A stretch of DNA of 64,000 nt from Perna viridis (Eukaryota): positions 8,680,001 through 8,744,000 of the forward strand of contig CM074515.1 of assembly GCA_037379345.1 (NCBI GenBank). Reading direction: 5' to 3'. The position numbers and the translations under genes were made by a program. Within the stretch, counting starts at the first letter, position 1. Each line of letters starts with the position of its first letter. The notes under the pieces are model-generated. The model searched no databases. It was not told where the DNA came from and saw only the letters and a program-made list of their open reading frames with translations. Below are positions 60,250-64,000 of the stretch, piece after piece.

Positions 60250-60689
60250 TTTTTTTGCATAATTAAGTAACAAATCAATTGCTTATTAGCGAATATCAGC
60301 TGTTGGGCTACCTTAGTTAATATGTAATATCAGTGAATCTAGAGTTACTTCAGGTATTTTTGGCTGTTTCCATCTCTCCACTAATGATGTCATAAAAGTG
60401 GCATTTAGTAATTCAGGGTATTACCATCTTCATTCATCTAAGACCTAATTCGGTGCCCAAATTTTTCATTCAAAAGTATTTCGACTTTCCAGAACTTTTA
60501 CTTGTAATCAGGGAAATGAAAACGGGAGTCATAATTTTTCTACCGATGTATCATATATACATGTACTTGATTTCCAACTGTTGTTAAAATTAATTCTGTC
60601 TCAATTGTGAGTGTTGGGATAAACAGATCCACAAAAAAGTAAATGCTTTAAAATATATGTTTTTAGTATCAAGCGACAAAGACTTCACA

Positions 60690-60824
60690 GCAACCTCTGG
60701 CATAACATATGAGTTGTGATATGAAAACTCCATCAAAGGTGCTGAAGGGATGTTGCCACAGATGAAAGGAAAGTTGACAATACAGAATGGTAAGTCATCG
60801 CATTTGTTGTATAGCAGTGTTCTC
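60690..60824 (-). mobile_element. Penelope-like (Naiad-type) RT fragment
   Basis: Minus translation RTLLYNKCDDLPFCIVNFPFICGNIPSAP then frameshifts into GVFISQLICYA. It is homologous to 9690-9755. Confidence 0.7.
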
Positions 60825-63800
60825 ATTCCAGAAAATTGCAAAAGGGGACCAGTGGCCCCCTTGACAGCCAAACAAGGGTCATTTTCAGAACAAAGGGGCC
60901 AATATGACAATATTATAAGGAGTAATTTTTACATAATAGGGAAGATTCAACCAACAAGTAAGTTAACCTCAGGTTTGTACACACTTTATAGTTTCATTTT
61001 AGGTGAGAGGTAACAGAGATACATAAACTCCAAATGAATAAAAAGAAATACTAGTACATATCAGGGTTTTAGCTAGGATTTTGAGGGCTTTAGTCACTTT
61101 TGTGTAGAGCACGAACGACATATTATGGGCAGCAGAATTTTGTAAATAGTCAATAGTATCATAAACGAAAGACATAAACACTCTTAATATATTCATATTA
61201 GGTTTACAGATACAGGCATAACAATTAATACAATAAATGTTACAACAAAATAACTATTATTTTCTATAAGAAAACGTGTGTTACTTAATAAAATAAAATA
61301 GCTACTATTAGAAAAATAGTAAAATAGAATTTTTTTTTCATGACAAAGCTTTGATGCATTCAGTCTAAAAATAGCTACTATTTGACATAAGCTACTATTA
61401 TGGTATGACCTGACACTTAACTAATATGAAAAAATCCTCCTGTCCTTTGCCAAACACCACACCTCAAAAGCCCTCTTCAACCTAAAACTCCTCAACTCAG
61501 AAGGATGGAGACAGATCTTTAGAAGAGAATTGATTGATGAAACCTTGAGCCTGTTCCTAAGATCAGATAGTACCTACTAAATCCCCTCTCAGTCACCAGA
61601 AGATAACGCAGAAACTAGACAGATAGAAAGGAGGTTGACCACATTGGCATAGTCAACTGTAGAATGTTGCACTCTATAAGCGGTTGCTGCATGATATCTT
61701 ACTGCTGGGTGGTAATTTTTTGGTGACCTTTGACCCTAGATCATGAGTAGAAATGAAGACATTCGTAATCATTGTGATTTCGTTTCAAGATGAAAAGAGA
61801 ATCGTAAAATAAATATTTATCGTTGATTAATACTTCCTAACTATCCGCTATTGCATTCAAATTAATTGAAATCCATGAGATGACCAGTCACAAAACGGAG
61901 ACTTTGTTTTTGTGTGTACTTAAATTTCTAAAAATAGATAGCTATATATGTTGTGAGGTTCGTGAAGGGTTTGTTTTTATATGGGATTAAAATCGGTCAG
62001 TATCCATTAAAGATCGAAATCGTTTTACACGACTAATCCTTAAAATAAGGGTATATATAAGTTACATTTTAAACGCACTTAAAAGCAGAAATGTCTCGAG
62101 TCAACTTGAGGCTTTTTTCGACGGTCAAAAACGACCGGCTGAAGTGAAGTGAGAACCCTGGGATTATCTTTTGTGGTCCTAATGATCAAACGATTGATAA
62201 ATTGTTGTTATTTTAAAGGATTAGTAACGATGCACATATCTGGGATGCCAGGTTAACAACAATTGAATGTATTTCACACCTGGTTGACCAGGTAATTATC
62301 AAGCTTGGGGTAATAAACTTGTCAGAGCATAAGGCCAGGTGAAATTATGTAACTTTCGATTGACAGTTTTTAATAACATTTTTATTTAAGGTGGCGAAAA
62401 TTTATCTGAAATACTTTTTGAATGGATTTTTTTTAATACACTTTTCAAATTTTAAGTGACGAATACGATCTAAATCCTTTCGTAAATGACGAAAATGACA
62501 AGCACTAGCTAAATCAATGTATATATATCTTTTATTATTATTATTATGGCATTGTGTTGATTCAAACTGTAATTCAATATAATGTTGCAGCTCCACTTAG
62601 AACCTTTCTGTTCTTATCGGGATTGAAATTTACTAGATCCCGTCAATAGGATCAGGGGAAATGATCATGTCCCCTGCACACCGCCTGCAGTTTCACTAAA
62701 TTATTTTTGACTTGCAAAAAGTTTTAAATGAGGGATACTTGTCATGACATGGAACCAAAAAAAAATCTGGTAATTCAGAGATGGACCTATGGAATTCTAT
62801 GTCCCCGCTGTGCCCACAAGCCACACTTTTTAAGCGCCATGCATGAACTATCTGTGCCAATGGCACAAGGGCACAGTCTGGAATGAACACTGGTATAGTT
62901 TGGTCAATAGTTTTCCTTTACCATCAATCTTTAAGTGTAGGTCAAGATACGAGGCAGGATATTGACTACAACCAGCCAGGGCTATGTTAAAGACCATTTA
63001 TGTTAACAGTAGAGTCAATGAGCATTCTCAGTTAAACCTTCTGCCAATATTCCTTTTGTTCCACTTCAAGCTCTACCCCTAGATGTATGTACATGCTTCT
63101 CAACTACCCCACATTTAACACAACAGGGTATATTGAGATGACAAAAACAAAGGCATAGTTCTTCAGGCCGACCAAAGCCTCAGAGGCCCTACCAATTCCC
63201 AGACTAGAGCCAAAGGTAAACAGCATTTGTAAAAGAGGTAAAGGTCTAATCTGTAATACCAAAAAAAACAGTTGATTTAATCAAGATTTTGTATTTGTTG
63301 AGGTAAAAAGAAATGCTCCATTCAACAGTAAAGGAGGACAGTAGAACTGCCAATGATAGGGACAGAGCACCAGCAACATCTTCTGTAAGATGCTCTGAAA
63401 TACATAGCATGAAGTGATATATTTGAAAAAATGATGTATGCTGTTTGAAAGTCATTGTTTGAACCTTTTAACACAGACATAAATCATATGTTACTGGAAG
63501 TCTCTTATATTCCCATGAATCGAGATATCAGAGTTAAACAACATCGCATTTTGAAAACAAAGTCAAGTATCCTTTTCTTGGTACAAATAGCCCTGTCCCA
63601 AAATGGCCTAATGGACATAGACAAAGCTTATAACTAATCAGTCAACTTGAAATAAGCAATTAGTGAGATATCAGCTATATGAAATAGAATATATAACCTA
63701 AAATTGAAATGCTTTTCATTAATGTCTGGCGTAGAGATCTGTCTCTTACAGTGGTTGGGAAGACAATTTTGAGATTGGGACTTCTAATTATACATCAGAG

Positions 63801-64000
63801 ATGTATTTACAATCTGAAGGGGCCATTTGTAAAAAAGCATAAAGTTTTCTTTTAGATGAAGAGGCCACTTACAGCCAGGAAGGACAAATGACCAGTGACA
63901 CCTTCCCTTCCCAACCCCTGCTCCCAGTAAGTGTGATGTGTACTTGATATACAGTATAGTATGCCACCACAAATGGCAAAATGATGTATATATCTTCGCT

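Overview
AT-rich, intron-rich animal genomic DNA. The repeat families suggest a bivalve mollusc, probably a mytilid (inference). Four spliced genes were reconstructed by hand from GT-AG boundaries with consistent phases. RANBP9/10 (minus): only exons 1-2 lie in the window. TSNAXIP1 (plus): 15 exons, about 717 aa, head-to-head with RANBP9/10 like human RANBP10-TSNAXIP1. PIGU (plus): 12 exons, about 447 aa. ARCN1/delta-COP (minus): 11 coding exons found, ATG-only first exon not located. Introns and intergenic DNA hold many decayed or non-autonomous mobile elements: hAT, Harbinger and Tc1-type MITEs, Helentron-like elements with internal tandem arrays, and CR1 and Penelope fragments. Three structures stand out. 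(i) A miniature LTR retrotransposon (TRIM) in PIGU intron 1 has a tRNA-Lys PBS, a PPT, a 94-bp interior and tRNA-like LTRs; its 3' LTR is split by a TG...CA element with a 4-bp TSD, and a solo LTR sits in RANBP9/10 intron 1. (ii) A TSD-flanked short retroposon has a pseudoknot/hairpin head instead of a tRNA head. (iii) The octamer TACATGTA is strongly over-represented. Most ORFs in the supplied track are spurious or single-exon pieces.
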